A stretch of DNA of 64,000 nt from Candidatus Dojkabacteria bacterium. GTDB taxonomy: Bacteria > Patescibacteriota > Dojkabacteria > B142 > OLB20. Under the pieces are notes generated by a model. The model was not told the DNA's origin. It did not search any database and saw only the letters and a program-made list of their open reading frames with translations. Numbering within the stretch: position 1 is the first letter of the stretch; each line of letters starts with the position of its first letter. This document shows positions 27,160-36,660 of the stretch, piece after piece. The stretch covers positions 194,335 to 258,334 of the forward strand of contig DAOMOX010000001.1 in NCBI GenBank assembly GCA_035444565.1, written 5' to 3'. Position numbers and translations under genes: made by a program.

Positions 27160-27810
27160 TCATGCACAGTTATGAAGTTGTTTCTCTAACTCTAGTAGCT
27201 CTAGATAAGTAGCTTTTGGATTCTCTGATTTTGCAATTGCAGAACCTACAACCACAACATCGAAAGGAAAGTTAAGAATATTAGGTAAAGTTTGTTTATT
27301 TACGCCACCATCTAGACCAATTTCCCCAGTGAATCCGTCCTGTCTAAGTTTTTTGGAGAATTCAAGCATTTCTGGTCGAAACTCATTACCTTGTGCACCG
27401 GGTTGAATCGCAAATATATGAATCGAATCAACTTTATTGAAATATTTTTTGATAAAATCATATTGAACGGGTTCGTGAAACGAAACAGCAGTTTCAATTC
27501 CTTTTTGACCAATTATTTCCAATAAATCGTCAATATTATCAAGTGAATGTACATTTATGATGATTTTACGAACTCGAACATCTTCAACAAGCACTTTTAC
27601 TGCTTTTGATGGATAATCCATCATCAAATCAAAGTTGTAGATTACATCAACTGGAACTGACAAAGATTCTTCCGCTGTTATAGTTTTTCCTTGAGTCAAT
27701 GACCAATCAATGACATCGATATCTAGTTCTTTTGCAAACCCTGCATCTCTAATCACTTGCATTGCGTAGTCATCTTTATTGTTTGTGAGGATGGTTGGGT
27801 TGATTTTCAT
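27160..27810 (-). CDS. rpe: Ribulose-phosphate 3-epimerase (divergent)
   Basis: MKINPTIL start (ATG 27810 preferred over the track's 27840); PGAQG..F, DGGVN, VVGSAI. Metal-ligand His positions appear to be Asp. Confidence 0.75.
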   Translation of the reverse strand: MKINPTILTNNKDDYAMQVIRDAGFAKELDIDVIDWSLTQGKTITAEESLSVPVDVIYNFDLMMDYPSKAVKVLVEDVRVRKIIINVHSLDNIDDLLEIIGQKGIETAVSFHEPVQYDFIKKYFNKVDSIHIFAIQPGAQGNEFRPEMLEFSKKLRQDGFTGEIGLDGGVNKQTLPNILNFPFDVVVVGSAIAKSENPKATYLELLELEKQLHNCA

Positions 27811-27876
27811 TGGATTATAGTAATAATGATTGAATATCATAGCAAATAAATGGGGAAATCAGAATTTACGCCAATT

Positions 27877-29190
27877 TCAGCGCTGATTTGAAAGATAAGT
27901 GATTTCTGGCATTTCCCATTCATATGGAGACAAACCCGTATTTCTAAAAAACGCTTCAGCTAGTTGATCTTGTTCTGAAGTCACGTTACCGTTATCTCCT
28001 GACGGTTTTGAATTTGCTACTGCGAAAGAAGTTATAATATCAAATGTGGTGACACCGAAATCTATATCAGGATCTTTATAATATGATATCGCATTCGCCA
28101 CCCTAACTAAAGGATCTTCCGTGTTTGAATTACTGACAAAGATTAATGCCAATTCGTTTGGGGGGACATTATAACCGTATAATCTGAGTGTTTCATGAAA
28201 ATTTGTCACATCATATTTGTACTTGAACCCAACTACTCCCCACAATTCATGCATTGATTGGTATTCTTTGAGTTCCGGACTCTTATTAATTTCTGTTGCT
28301 AGCAAAAACATTTCTGCTGTAATTTCTTCCATAATTAGATACATTGTTGCATCACTTTTAAACAATCCAATATCATATTCAAATATTGATTTCCCATAGG
28401 TTGTAATATCATCTGTAAAAGATGGTGTTACAATTTGGGGGGATCCATAATCATCAACAATGAAAGTCTTTACCGGTTTTGCTTTAATAGATTTCTCAAC
28501 CAACGCTAAGCCGTCACCACACGTATGACCCAACTCATGTTCCATTACTTCCTCCAATGTATCCATATTTGGGTCCAGCATTTGCCGTATATTCTCGGGG
28601 CTTAAAACTACAATTGGTGCAGTCTCTGCACATGATTGACTAGCCAATGGTACATATGCCAACCTAGTATCAGGATCATCACGTCTTGTTAGAGAAACAA
28701 AGAGAGGGCCCTCCATTGAACCTCCAAAACCACAACCGTCCGGAGCAATCAAATTAAAATCGCTAATTGCTGCATGTAACGCCTGAACTTCATCAGGAGA
28801 TAAATTAGACGCAGCATTAGGAGTGAAAGCCAATAAATCGCTTTCAGGAACTTGGTCATCTTGAAAATCCTTCAATCTCTTACAGTAATCAACCGTATCT
28901 GCTTCATTATGTTCTAACGTATCCCCTGTGGTTATATAAAGCGGAAGATCATCATATGGTGATATCTCAGGTGTAGGAATTAAACCCGTAGGAGGGGTTA
29001 CCATAGGAGTAGGTACTACTAGTGACTGAGCTGGCATTGGATTCTTGCTCATACAGGCTGCTAATGCCAGAGTCATCAAAGCCATGGGTACTAGTTTTAA
29101 CAGCACACTTCGGAGGTTAAATTTATGATCCACTCCATCTATGTTACCTTCGGTACTTGAAGGAATTGAAAATTCTACATCTTTATCCAA
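27877..29190 (-). CDS. Putative lipoprotein zinc metallopeptidase-like orphan
   Basis: Lipobox LALAAC; HELGH (HExxH) and downstream EEITAE. Start uncertain. Confidence 0.55.
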   Translation of the reverse strand: MDKDVEFSIPSSTEGNIDGVDHKFNLRSVLLKLVPMALMTLALAACMSKNPMPAQSLVVPTPMVTPPTGLIPTPEISPYDDLPLYITTGDTLEHNEADTVDYCKRLKDFQDDQVPESDLLAFTPNAASNLSPDEVQALHAAISDFNLIAPDGCGFGGSMEGPLFVSLTRRDDPDTRLAYVPLASQSCAETAPIVVLSPENIRQMLDPNMDTLEEVMEHELGHTCGDGLALVEKSIKAKPVKTFIVDDYGSPQIVTPSFTDDITTYGKSIFEYDIGLFKSDATMYLIMEEITAEMFLLATEINKSPELKEYQSMHELWGVVGFKYKYDVTNFHETLRLYGYNVPPNELALIFVSNSNTEDPLVRVANAISYYKDPDIDFGVTTFDIITSFAVANSKPSGDNGNVTSEQDQLAEAFFRNTGLSPYEWEMPEITYLSNQR

Positions 29191-29218
29191 AAGAATTATT
29201 TACACGACTATATTGTGA

Positions 29219-30973
29219 TTATATCATTTTGTTCATATACAATTCACCTAACTCAAAACCTAACTTTTTATAGTATTCCCTCGTACCAATAGCAGATATT
29301 ACTGAAATTTTATGATATTTGTCTTCAGAAGCCAATTTTTCAGCCATTTTTACAAGTTTTGTGCCGATTCCTAAATGTTGTGATTTTTGACTTAGTTTTA
29401 TTCCTACATCAACTACAGAACCATATACGTGCACCTCTCTAATCATTGCGGAATTCCGTAATTCTGAGATAAAATGATTATTAATTAACGACTTTTTAGG
29501 TAAACTTAACCTCAAAAACCCGATTATCTTATCCTCTGATTTTGTTTTGTACGATAAAAAGACTTCTTTCCCAACTTGAGTGGTATATTCAATTTTTTCA
29601 AGCTCCAAATCATCGACACTTATTGATTTGCCTTTAATCTCTCTACATCGGATACATTGACATTTTTTCTCTGTTCTTTCCAACTCCAGCTCAGCAATTT
29701 GTCTGAAATTAGTCAATTTGTTCCCTGCAACTATATCCGTGGATGGGATATCTCTCACTATCCTTGTTAATCTGCAATATCTAGGTGTCAAAGGCATAAT
29801 TTCAGTCATCACTTTCAACAATTCTTCGTAAGTGTAGGGTTTGTACTCACCTTTTTTGTACAAATCATATAACCCTGTGTTGGAAATGATGCTTGTGGGA
29901 TATACTTTAAGTTCATCTGGCTGAATTTGCTTCTCCCAGAGCCTTTTGTAATCCAGAATATCATTTTCAACTGTTGATCCATAAAGATTTGGCATCCAGT
30001 GTGCGTGTACTTTAAATCCTCCGAGTCTTAACAATCTAATAGCATTTTCGGTTTCTTTTCTACCATGACCCCTTTTGTTAAGTTCCATTACCTTATCATC
30101 TAGGCTTTGTATCCCGATTTGAATCTTTGTGGCTCCGAGTCTTCGGAACTTTATAATTTCAGTTTCATTTATCCAGTCTGGTCTTGTTTCTATGACTAAT
30201 CCCACGCAACGACTTTTTGCATTTTCGTTTAGTTTGTGAGCACTCTCAAGGCTCTCCCAAGTAGTCATCTCGGTCTCGGAAATTAATCTTTTACCTTTAT
30301 TGTGAACAACTTCGTTGATTATTTGATTGTATGATTTTCTACCACCATCGATTTTACGGTTTGGAGCCTTGTCTGCTTCTTCAAAATCGTTTTGAACTTT
30401 AACCTTGTCGCGATTGTCCTCGACTCCAAAGTCATTCATAGCATCAAAACATCTCTTCACAAACCAGATTTGATAACTTTCAGGATAAAATGACCAAGTT
30501 CCCCCCAAAACTATAAGTTCAACTTTGCTAGTGTTATGACCAATGTTATGAAGTGCCAACAACCTATTGTATGTCTGCAAATACGGATCGAAACTATTTC
30601 TCTCTGCTCTTTGTGCACCAGGTTCATCTCGGAGATAACTTTTTGGCATTCTGACGTCATTTGGACAAAAAATACACTTTCCAGGACATGGAAATGGTTT
30701 TGTTAGAACTGTTACAGGAGTAACGCCAGAAATTGTCCTAGTAGGTCTCATTTTAATTCTGTCCAAGACTTTCTGATCAACTTCAGTCCCAGCCACTTCT
30801 GATAAATATCGATAGCCTTCAACAAGATTATTTCGGCTAAATATTCCAGAGCCATCTCGTGGATGGTTGCGTAAGATTTTATGAAATTTCTTATAACTCC
30901 ATTTATTATCTGGAATTAATGAAATTTCTTGAAAAATCAGTTCGAATTCAGCTTTATATTTCTTTGGATCCAT
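29219..30973 (-). CDS. elp3: Elp3-family tRNA uridine(34) carboxymethyltransferase (radical SAM + KAT/GNAT)
   Basis: RTISGV.PV.V, CPGKCIFCP, GGTW, ETRPD, PDELKVYP, R..RDIP, CQCIRCRE, REVHVYG, QHLGIG, VISAIG.REYY.KLG. Confidence 0.93.
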   Translation of the reverse strand: MDPKKYKAEFELIFQEISLIPDNKWSYKKFHKILRNHPRDGSGIFSRNNLVEGYRYLSEVAGTEVDQKVLDRIKMRPTRTISGVTPVTVLTKPFPCPGKCIFCPNDVRMPKSYLRDEPGAQRAERNSFDPYLQTYNRLLALHNIGHNTSKVELIVLGGTWSFYPESYQIWFVKRCFDAMNDFGVEDNRDKVKVQNDFEEADKAPNRKIDGGRKSYNQIINEVVHNKGKRLISETEMTTWESLESAHKLNENAKSRCVGLVIETRPDWINETEIIKFRRLGATKIQIGIQSLDDKVMELNKRGHGRKETENAIRLLRLGGFKVHAHWMPNLYGSTVENDILDYKRLWEKQIQPDELKVYPTSIISNTGLYDLYKKGEYKPYTYEELLKVMTEIMPLTPRYCRLTRIVRDIPSTDIVAGNKLTNFRQIAELELERTEKKCQCIRCREIKGKSISVDDLELEKIEYTTQVGKEVFLSYKTKSEDKIIGFLRLSLPKKSLINNHFISELRNSAMIREVHVYGSVVDVGIKLSQKSQHLGIGTKLVKMAEKLASEDKYHKISVISAIGTREYYKKLGFELGELYMNKMI

Positions 30974-31053
30974 AGTCCTTGTATTGTAACATTAGAATTC
31001 GCAATTATTCACAAGTTTATTCCGTTTGACATGATAAAATATGCTTAATAAAT

Positions 31054-31770
31054 ATGAAAGACGAAACTAGACAGAAATTACTCGAACTTAATCGCATTTT
31101 CTACGAAAAAAATGCTAAGGAGTTCTCGAATACCAGGAATTATTACTGGCAAGGATGGCAAAAGGCATGGGAAGTAATCAAAACACATAATCCGAATATC
31201 AGAAATGTATTAGACGTAGGTTGTGGAAACGGACGTTTTTTGAAATTCTTGAGAGAAAACACCGAAAATTTCACATATCTAGGTATTGATCACTCATCCA
31301 ATTTCATTGAAGAATGCCAGAATAAACTTGCTGACGAAAATTCATATTTTATGCGCTTTGAAATAGCAAATGATGATTTTACTAAAATTGCTAACGAAAA
31401 ATATGATTTAATTTCACTCATAGCTGTATTACATCATATTCCTGGGAACTCAAACAGAATAGACCTGATTAAACAATTATCAAAATTACTTAAACCGAAA
31501 GGCATCATAATTATCACTTTTTGGGATTTTATGAAAGGGAACAGGATGCAGAGCAGAATTTTCCCTTGGTCTTTATCTAACATTGATAAAAAAGACCTTG
31601 AGGAAGGGGACCATCTACTAAAATGGTCAGATAGTACTGACACGCAAAGATATTGTCACTATTTTTCTGAGGAGGAAAAACAATCATTGATCAAATACTC
31701 GCAATTACGTCCACTATCAAGATATACCTCGGATAGCAATAATACGTATGTTATTATGCAAAAAGAATAA
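31054..31770 (+). CDS. Class I SAM methyltransferase, Trm9/ALKBH8-like
   Basis: FYEKNAKEFSNTR..W, LDVGCGNGR, IAVLHHI...R, LKPKG.IIITFW, RYCHYF..EE. Confidence 0.75.
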   Translation: MKDETRQKLLELNRIFYEKNAKEFSNTRNYYWQGWQKAWEVIKTHNPNIRNVLDVGCGNGRFLKFLRENTENFTYLGIDHSSNFIEECQNKLADENSYFMRFEIANDDFTKIANEKYDLISLIAVLHHIPGNSNRIDLIKQLSKLLKPKGIIIITFWDFMKGNRMQSRIFPWSLSNIDKKDLEEGDHLLKWSDSTDTQRYCHYFSEEEKQSLIKYSQLRPLSRYTSDSNNTYVIMQKE

Positions 31771-31789
31771 TTCGATACTATATAAGTTA

Positions 31790-33505
31790 TCAACTATTAG
31801 GATTAGGCTCTTGAATGTTATTTTCAGTTCCGATTGATGTCGCTGGAATATTAGTTACTCCGGAAACCATATTGTCTTGTGAAGAAATTCCCCCTGAACC
31901 ATTATTGATTACTGGAGTTGTAGATGAGTAATCACCAACTGGTTGTTGCTGTTGTAAATCTGTCTCGTTTACAGAAAAAGAATTTTCAACTGAAGTTTCA
32001 CCGGAAGATAAGTCCATTACAGGAAGGTTTTCTTCATCTGGCATTTCTTGAGCATAACTTTTTCGCACAACATCTGCGTACGGATTAACCCCAAGATCCT
32101 CCACTTCAACAGACACTCCGTCAGTATCAATTTCGTCTACGCTGTGAGCTACATCGGAATCTTCAACTCCTTCTGTTTGTTCTGAATCATCTTCCAGAGG
32201 TTGATCGTCTAACATACTACTACCTAATTTATTATCTTCGTTATCAGTGGTGATTTGTGTCTCATTGGTCTGAACTTGTGCACCAGAACCTAAATCCTGC
32301 ATAGAATCAAGTGTCTCGACTGGTTCTGCTGATTCCGAACCTATCGTCTCAGTAGGAGGAGATTGAGTATTACTAACAACTGGTTGAGAGTTTTCAACGA
32401 CTGGAGGAATTATCGCAGTGGGATTTGCCTGTGTTTCTGTCACTTGTTCTACTTCAACGGGAGGAGTTTCAGGTTTTGAAGAACTTTCATCATCTATTTG
32501 AATCATATCTTCACTAAATGTTGCTTGTGGAGGCGTAGGCAAAGCCTCTCCAGAATCCTTCTTCGAGTCTCCAGATAATTTCTTAAAGAGGCCTTTTTTC
32601 TTAGCAAGAATTATTCCAACTACAAAAATTACGATTACTAGGATTATTAACCCAATTGCAATAAATCTAACTCTATTAGAGAATGAATTGTCTTCTGTAA
32701 CCGCTTCTTCTACAGGTTTTTCACTTACTTCAAAAGTATATTCTTCACTTTCATATATTTCTGGAAAATCATCAGCAGATATTTTTATAAGAAAAGTATG
32801 CATTCCAGGTTCTAATGAAGTAGTGTCTACCTTCACAACCCAGAAGCCATCTTCGTCCGCTTTTGCGAAGTAGCTTTTTGGGTCAGATTTTACTATAACT
32901 TCAATATCAGCATAAGATTCAGTTCTTCCATTTATCGTTAAGTCCTCACCTGCATCGAATTTGGGCACCTCAGTGTATCCATACGACTCAGTACCTAGAG
33001 TAATAAACCCGAACTTTTCAACCACGGATGGTGTCTTTTGCTCAATGTCAGGACCTTCAGGGATTGTAGGGTTTGGAGAATCATCAGTTTCAGATTTTGT
33101 TGTGGCACTCACTGTTGTCGAAAACGCTGAATAATTAGAACCATCGTATGCACGAACCTTGTAACTATAAGATGTTTCTGGTTCAAGACCATTATCTGAG
33201 TAGAATAATGAGCTAACTACTGCCACCATTTCATTGTTACGGAATAGTTCGTAAGCTGTAGAATTCGCAGATCTATTCCAGGAGATATCAATACGGTCAT
33301 CATTAATCACAGTAGCTGACAGTCCTTGTGGGACACCAGGTAATGCATTTGTAGGAATAGGTGCATCTGTTGGAGCGACTGTCGGAGTAGATGTTGTCGT
33401 GGGTATTACTGTAATTTCGGGTGTTACTGTCTGGGCATTTACACCCTCTAGAGATATAAAAAAAGCAAATACGAAAAGAATGGAAATAACTTTAAGATTT
33501 TTCAT
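31790..33505 (-). CDS. Type I membrane protein: signal peptide, FN3, Ig-like domain, TM, long acidic disordered cytoplasmic tail
   Basis: P.GL.A, ISW, Y.D.GL.PETSYSYKVRAY (FN3); ADEDGFW...LEPG.H (bacterial Ig-like); TM followed by KKKG and ~270 D/E/S/T/P-rich residues. Confidence 0.8.
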   Translation of the reverse strand: MKNLKVISILFVFAFFISLEGVNAQTVTPEITVIPTTTSTPTVAPTDAPIPTNALPGVPQGLSATVINDDRIDISWNRSANSTAYELFRNNEMVAVVSSLFYSDNGLEPETSYSYKVRAYDGSNYSAFSTTVSATTKSETDDSPNPTIPEGPDIEQKTPSVVEKFGFITLGTESYGYTEVPKFDAGEDLTINGRTESYADIEVIVKSDPKSYFAKADEDGFWVVKVDTTSLEPGMHTFLIKISADDFPEIYESEEYTFEVSEKPVEEAVTEDNSFSNRVRFIAIGLIILVIVIFVVGIILAKKKGLFKKLSGDSKKDSGEALPTPPQATFSEDMIQIDDESSSKPETPPVEVEQVTETQANPTAIIPPVVENSQPVVSNTQSPPTETIGSESAEPVETLDSMQDLGSGAQVQTNETQITTDNEDNKLGSSMLDDQPLEDDSEQTEGVEDSDVAHSVDEIDTDGVSVEVEDLGVNPYADVVRKSYAQEMPDEENLPVMDLSSGETSVENSFSVNETDLQQQQPVGDYSSTTPVINNGSGGISSQDNMVSGVTNIPATSIGTENNIQEPNPNS

Positions 33506-33796
33506 ATTATTTAGGCAGTTTTATAAAAACATGTACTCTTAGTTTAACCAAGCTGGAGAAAGTAATCAAGAGAATGGAGACAAAAGCGCCTGTCGCTTAA
33601 CATTTGTATTGGCAAACCTCTGCATATACAACTTAAGATTTAGCTTCTGGTTATCTTGAACTTCAAATTTGAATAGTTTTCTCCAACTCATTCATTACCA
33701 TATTTGTCGCATTCGCTGTTGGAAATATAAATCCTGTAAAATTAACTTAATAATAACACTCTCCTGGTTTGAGGGTAGATTAGTCAAATTCGATTG

Positions 33797-34294
33797 TTAA
33801 TTTAATGCAGACTCATCCCAGTCTCCTAATTTCTTGTTCATAATTAGGTTTTTCTGACCAAAATAACCCTGCTCTCTCACTCCCACCCTTGTAAAGCCAA
33901 GTTTCAAGTAGAACGGTTCTACTTTTGGATAAGTATAAAGCTCTATTAGATGAGCTTTTTTTGATTTTGCGAAATCCTGATATACATTAAAAAGAGTTAA
34001 CCCAACACCTTTTTTTCTGAATTCTTCTTTGACACCCAGCCAACTGATAAATGCAACTCCACCATAAGTATAGTCTCCAACAATGAACCCAATTACTTTT
34101 TCATTTTCAATTGCGATGTAAATATTCCTGAAAAATCTTTCCAACCATAGAAAAAAGTTTGTTTTATTGTAATCTTTCGTGAGGAAATGATTGATTAGAG
34201 ACGGGGTATAACCTGCATAACCTTCATGCATTATCTCGGTAAACAGTTCATAAAATGCATCTAAATCTGAAGTTGTAGCTTGTTTGATTACCAT
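33797..34294 (-). CDS. GNAT N-acetyltransferase
   Basis: WLGVKEEFRKKGVG motif A; FYLKLGF. Confidence 0.9.
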   Translation of the reverse strand: MVIKQATTSDLDAFYELFTEIMHEGYAGYTPSLINHFLTKDYNKTNFFLWLERFFRNIYIAIENEKVIGFIVGDYTYGGVAFISWLGVKEEFRKKGVGLTLFNVYQDFAKSKKAHLIELYTYPKVEPFYLKLGFTRVGVREQGYFGQKNLIMNKKLGDWDESALN

Positions 34295-35193
34295 TCTTTA
34301 GACAGTCGTTTGTTTTTGGAAATCAATTTAAAATTCTTACCACCTGTGATTAACCAATCCATCAAAATTGGTTTTAGGAAGATATGAAGTAACATTGAAT
34401 AGAGGAGTACAAATGCCAATGCAATAATCAATAATAACAAATCTACTCTTATTGCTAGGAAAGCAATCAAAGTCGCCCCAATCACAACATAATATTTAAT
34501 TTCTCCCATTTTGAGAGAATTTATTGCATCAATCCATTCGTTAGAGAGTTTCGAAGTGATACTCAATTTCAAATTTCTTGAGATTATTATATTTAAGAAA
34601 AGTGCGTAAAGGAATATTGTTAGAGAATAGTTTACTGTTTGAGCATTTATATTTAAGCCCAAGAATCCAATAGAATTAACTATTCCTATAGTTGTAAGAA
34701 CTAACATTGCAAAAAGTAAAACATCTCCGACCAATAGCCTAATTAAATTTACTCTGGAAATCCCGCTTCCTTTCAATAAATATGCGAGGAATATTAAATA
34801 GATTATTGTTAAAGCATACAACCCATATAAAATCCTTCCACCAATCAAAATTAAAGTGGTCGGGTTGTAAACTAAAACTTGAAATTCGGAAATATCTCCC
34901 AGTTTTTCAGTGTAATCATCTTCCAGTTCAGAAAGTTCTTCAAGAGAGACATTTTGATAATAAACCTGATACTTGCCATCAGAGAAGGCATCAATTCGAT
35001 CGAAGTTACTTAATTCTTTGATTTTAGAACTGACTTCATCAACATTCTTCTCTTCTGTTAACTTAAAAGAAACGACATTGCTACTTGCGTAATCTACTCC
35101 TAGATTTAATCCTCCAAAAAGTAATAATCCCAATAACGCCAATAGAGGTATTAGACTTGCTAAAACTATTGTTAAAATTCTATTTTTTTGCAC
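34288..35193 (-). CDS. secF: SecF-like protein translocase subunit (highly divergent)
   Basis: GLNLGVDY after TM1, a small periplasmic domain and 5 further TMs; coupled to the secD-like gene. Confidence 0.65.
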   Translation of the reverse strand: MQKNRILTIVLASLIPLLALLGLLLFGGLNLGVDYASSNVVSFKLTEEKNVDEVSSKIKELSNFDRIDAFSDGKYQVYYQNVSLEELSELEDDYTEKLGDISEFQVLVYNPTTLILIGGRILYGLYALTIIYLIFLAYLLKGSGISRVNLIRLLVGDVLLFAMLVLTTIGIVNSIGFLGLNINAQTVNYSLTIFLYALFLNIIISRNLKLSITSKLSNEWIDAINSLKMGEIKYYVVIGATLIAFLAIRVDLLLLIIALAFVLLYSMLLHIFLKPILMDWLITGGKNFKLISKNKRLSKEW

Positions 35194-36556
35194 TTTTGAT
35201 TGGTCTCATAAATAGTTTAAATATCGGAACAAAGAAAACAATTTTGTATATCTGCCAAACCAATACACCCATAATTATTACCTGGATAAATTGATTCACA
35301 GAAGCAGTAAGCAAATTCTCAAAGAATATTATAAGTGGGACCAAAATTAAAACGTTAAAGATAGGTCTCCAACCCCTTAATGTATTTGATTCAATATATT
35401 CCTCAAGGAGTTTCGACTTATTTTCAAATTTATTAACCCTGAGTACTGTAATAATCTGCTCCAAGATAAAGATTGTCACTATCAACTGAGTAGCGAATAT
35501 TAAAGAAAGACTAAGGTTTAGGTTTAAGATTTTGTGTAAAGCAATATTTACGACAGCGAATATGAAGCTCGCCATAATAACATATAATGATTTCTTACGA
35601 AGAATTACGACTGTCAATAAAGTCATAAACCCAACTAAAGCAATGGTTATCAACTTTGCATTTTGTAACGAGTCACTCCCGTATGTGGGATTGACTCCCA
35701 CTGCAGGATTTGCAACTACAACAGTATCTAAACTGGGGCTACTCATCACCGCCCCTAAGACTGCATTGTTTAATTTGCTATCAACAAGAGTTGTGTATAG
35801 GAGAATTCGATCGTGGTCTTGGTATGGGTCCATATAGTATCCGCTTGCTTGCAGTGCTACGAAAGAGCCATCAAGTGAGAATATAAGTGGAGTTCCAGTA
35901 GAGATATTTGACAGAAGAGCAAGCTGTAACTTCTGTTTCGCTTCAGGTTTAAATACGATTTCTAAACCGAAGTTGTTTGGTGTCTCAGGATCACCTGAAT
36001 AAATACGCGAATCTGAGATAACACTCATGCTTAAAATATCATCATTTGTAATACCTGACGATTTTCTTCCATCCGTGATTGAAGCAGTTTCTGCTTCGGG
36101 ATCTTGAGGTGCCTCTGGATCATCTACTAAAACATCCAAATTGCCTGGACTTGAAAGAACTTGTACCAATGTTGTTTCAAGTTCTTCAGGAGTGGTCAAA
36201 TGTAATTGAAATACTTCATCTTCAAGATTATAGAAACTTGTGAATTCGAAATCCCGTAAACCAATCAATCCCATTCTTCTTGCAATAGTTTCCTCTACCT
36301 GTTTAAATTTTTGAACTTTATCACCTTCAAAAGTTTTCAAATCAACATCATATACGACCTTAGATCCACCTTGAATATCTAAAGCAGGTTTATATGAGAA
36401 TGAATCTTGAATTAATTGAAGATTTAAATCAGTAGGATTTGCATTTGTGATTTCGTAAGACTTCTCTTTATAAGTAAATGAAACTGTAGGTATTGCTACT
36501 ACTAGAGCGATAAGAGCCAGAATTGTTATTAGAAACAATTGTAGTTTTGATTTCAT
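35180..36556 (-). CDS. secD: SecD-like protein translocase subunit (divergent)
   Basis: ALDIQGG (GLDLxGG), IARR...G, P1 domain, V.PTYG.DS, then 5 TMs. Confidence 0.75.
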   Translation of the reverse strand: MKSKLQLFLITILALIALVVAIPTVSFTYKEKSYEITNANPTDLNLQLIQDSFSYKPALDIQGGSKVVYDVDLKTFEGDKVQKFKQVEETIARRMGLIGLRDFEFTSFYNLEDEVFQLHLTTPEELETTLVQVLSSPGNLDVLVDDPEAPQDPEAETASITDGRKSSGITNDDILSMSVISDSRIYSGDPETPNNFGLEIVFKPEAKQKLQLALLSNISTGTPLIFSLDGSFVALQASGYYMDPYQDHDRILLYTTLVDSKLNNAVLGAVMSSPSLDTVVVANPAVGVNPTYGSDSLQNAKLITIALVGFMTLLTVVILRKKSLYVIMASFIFAVVNIALHKILNLNLSLSLIFATQLIVTIFILEQIITVLRVNKFENKSKLLEEYIESNTLRGWRPIFNVLILVPLIIFFENLLTASVNQFIQVIIMGVLVWQIYKIVFFVPIFKLFMRPIKSAKK

Positions 36557-36660
36557 TTCACTGAGAACAATAAGGGCTAATTCTATCAGTTGGATTGAAG
36601 TTTGTATATATTTACCCCATAGATTTTCCGAGTTATAATCACGAAACGAATTAATATTAC

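Noticed and set aside
14690-27855. AAATAAATGGG recurring upstream of three minus-strand genes (~14690, ~19841, ~27844)
   Set aside because: Low-complexity AT-rich word at inconsistent positions relative to promoters and starts; chance cannot be excluded without statistics.
33560-33790. Possible small gene or pseudogene fragment between the FN3 gene and the GNAT gene
   Set aside because: Only short (about 40 codons or fewer) minus-strand frames broken by stops, with no recognisable similarity.
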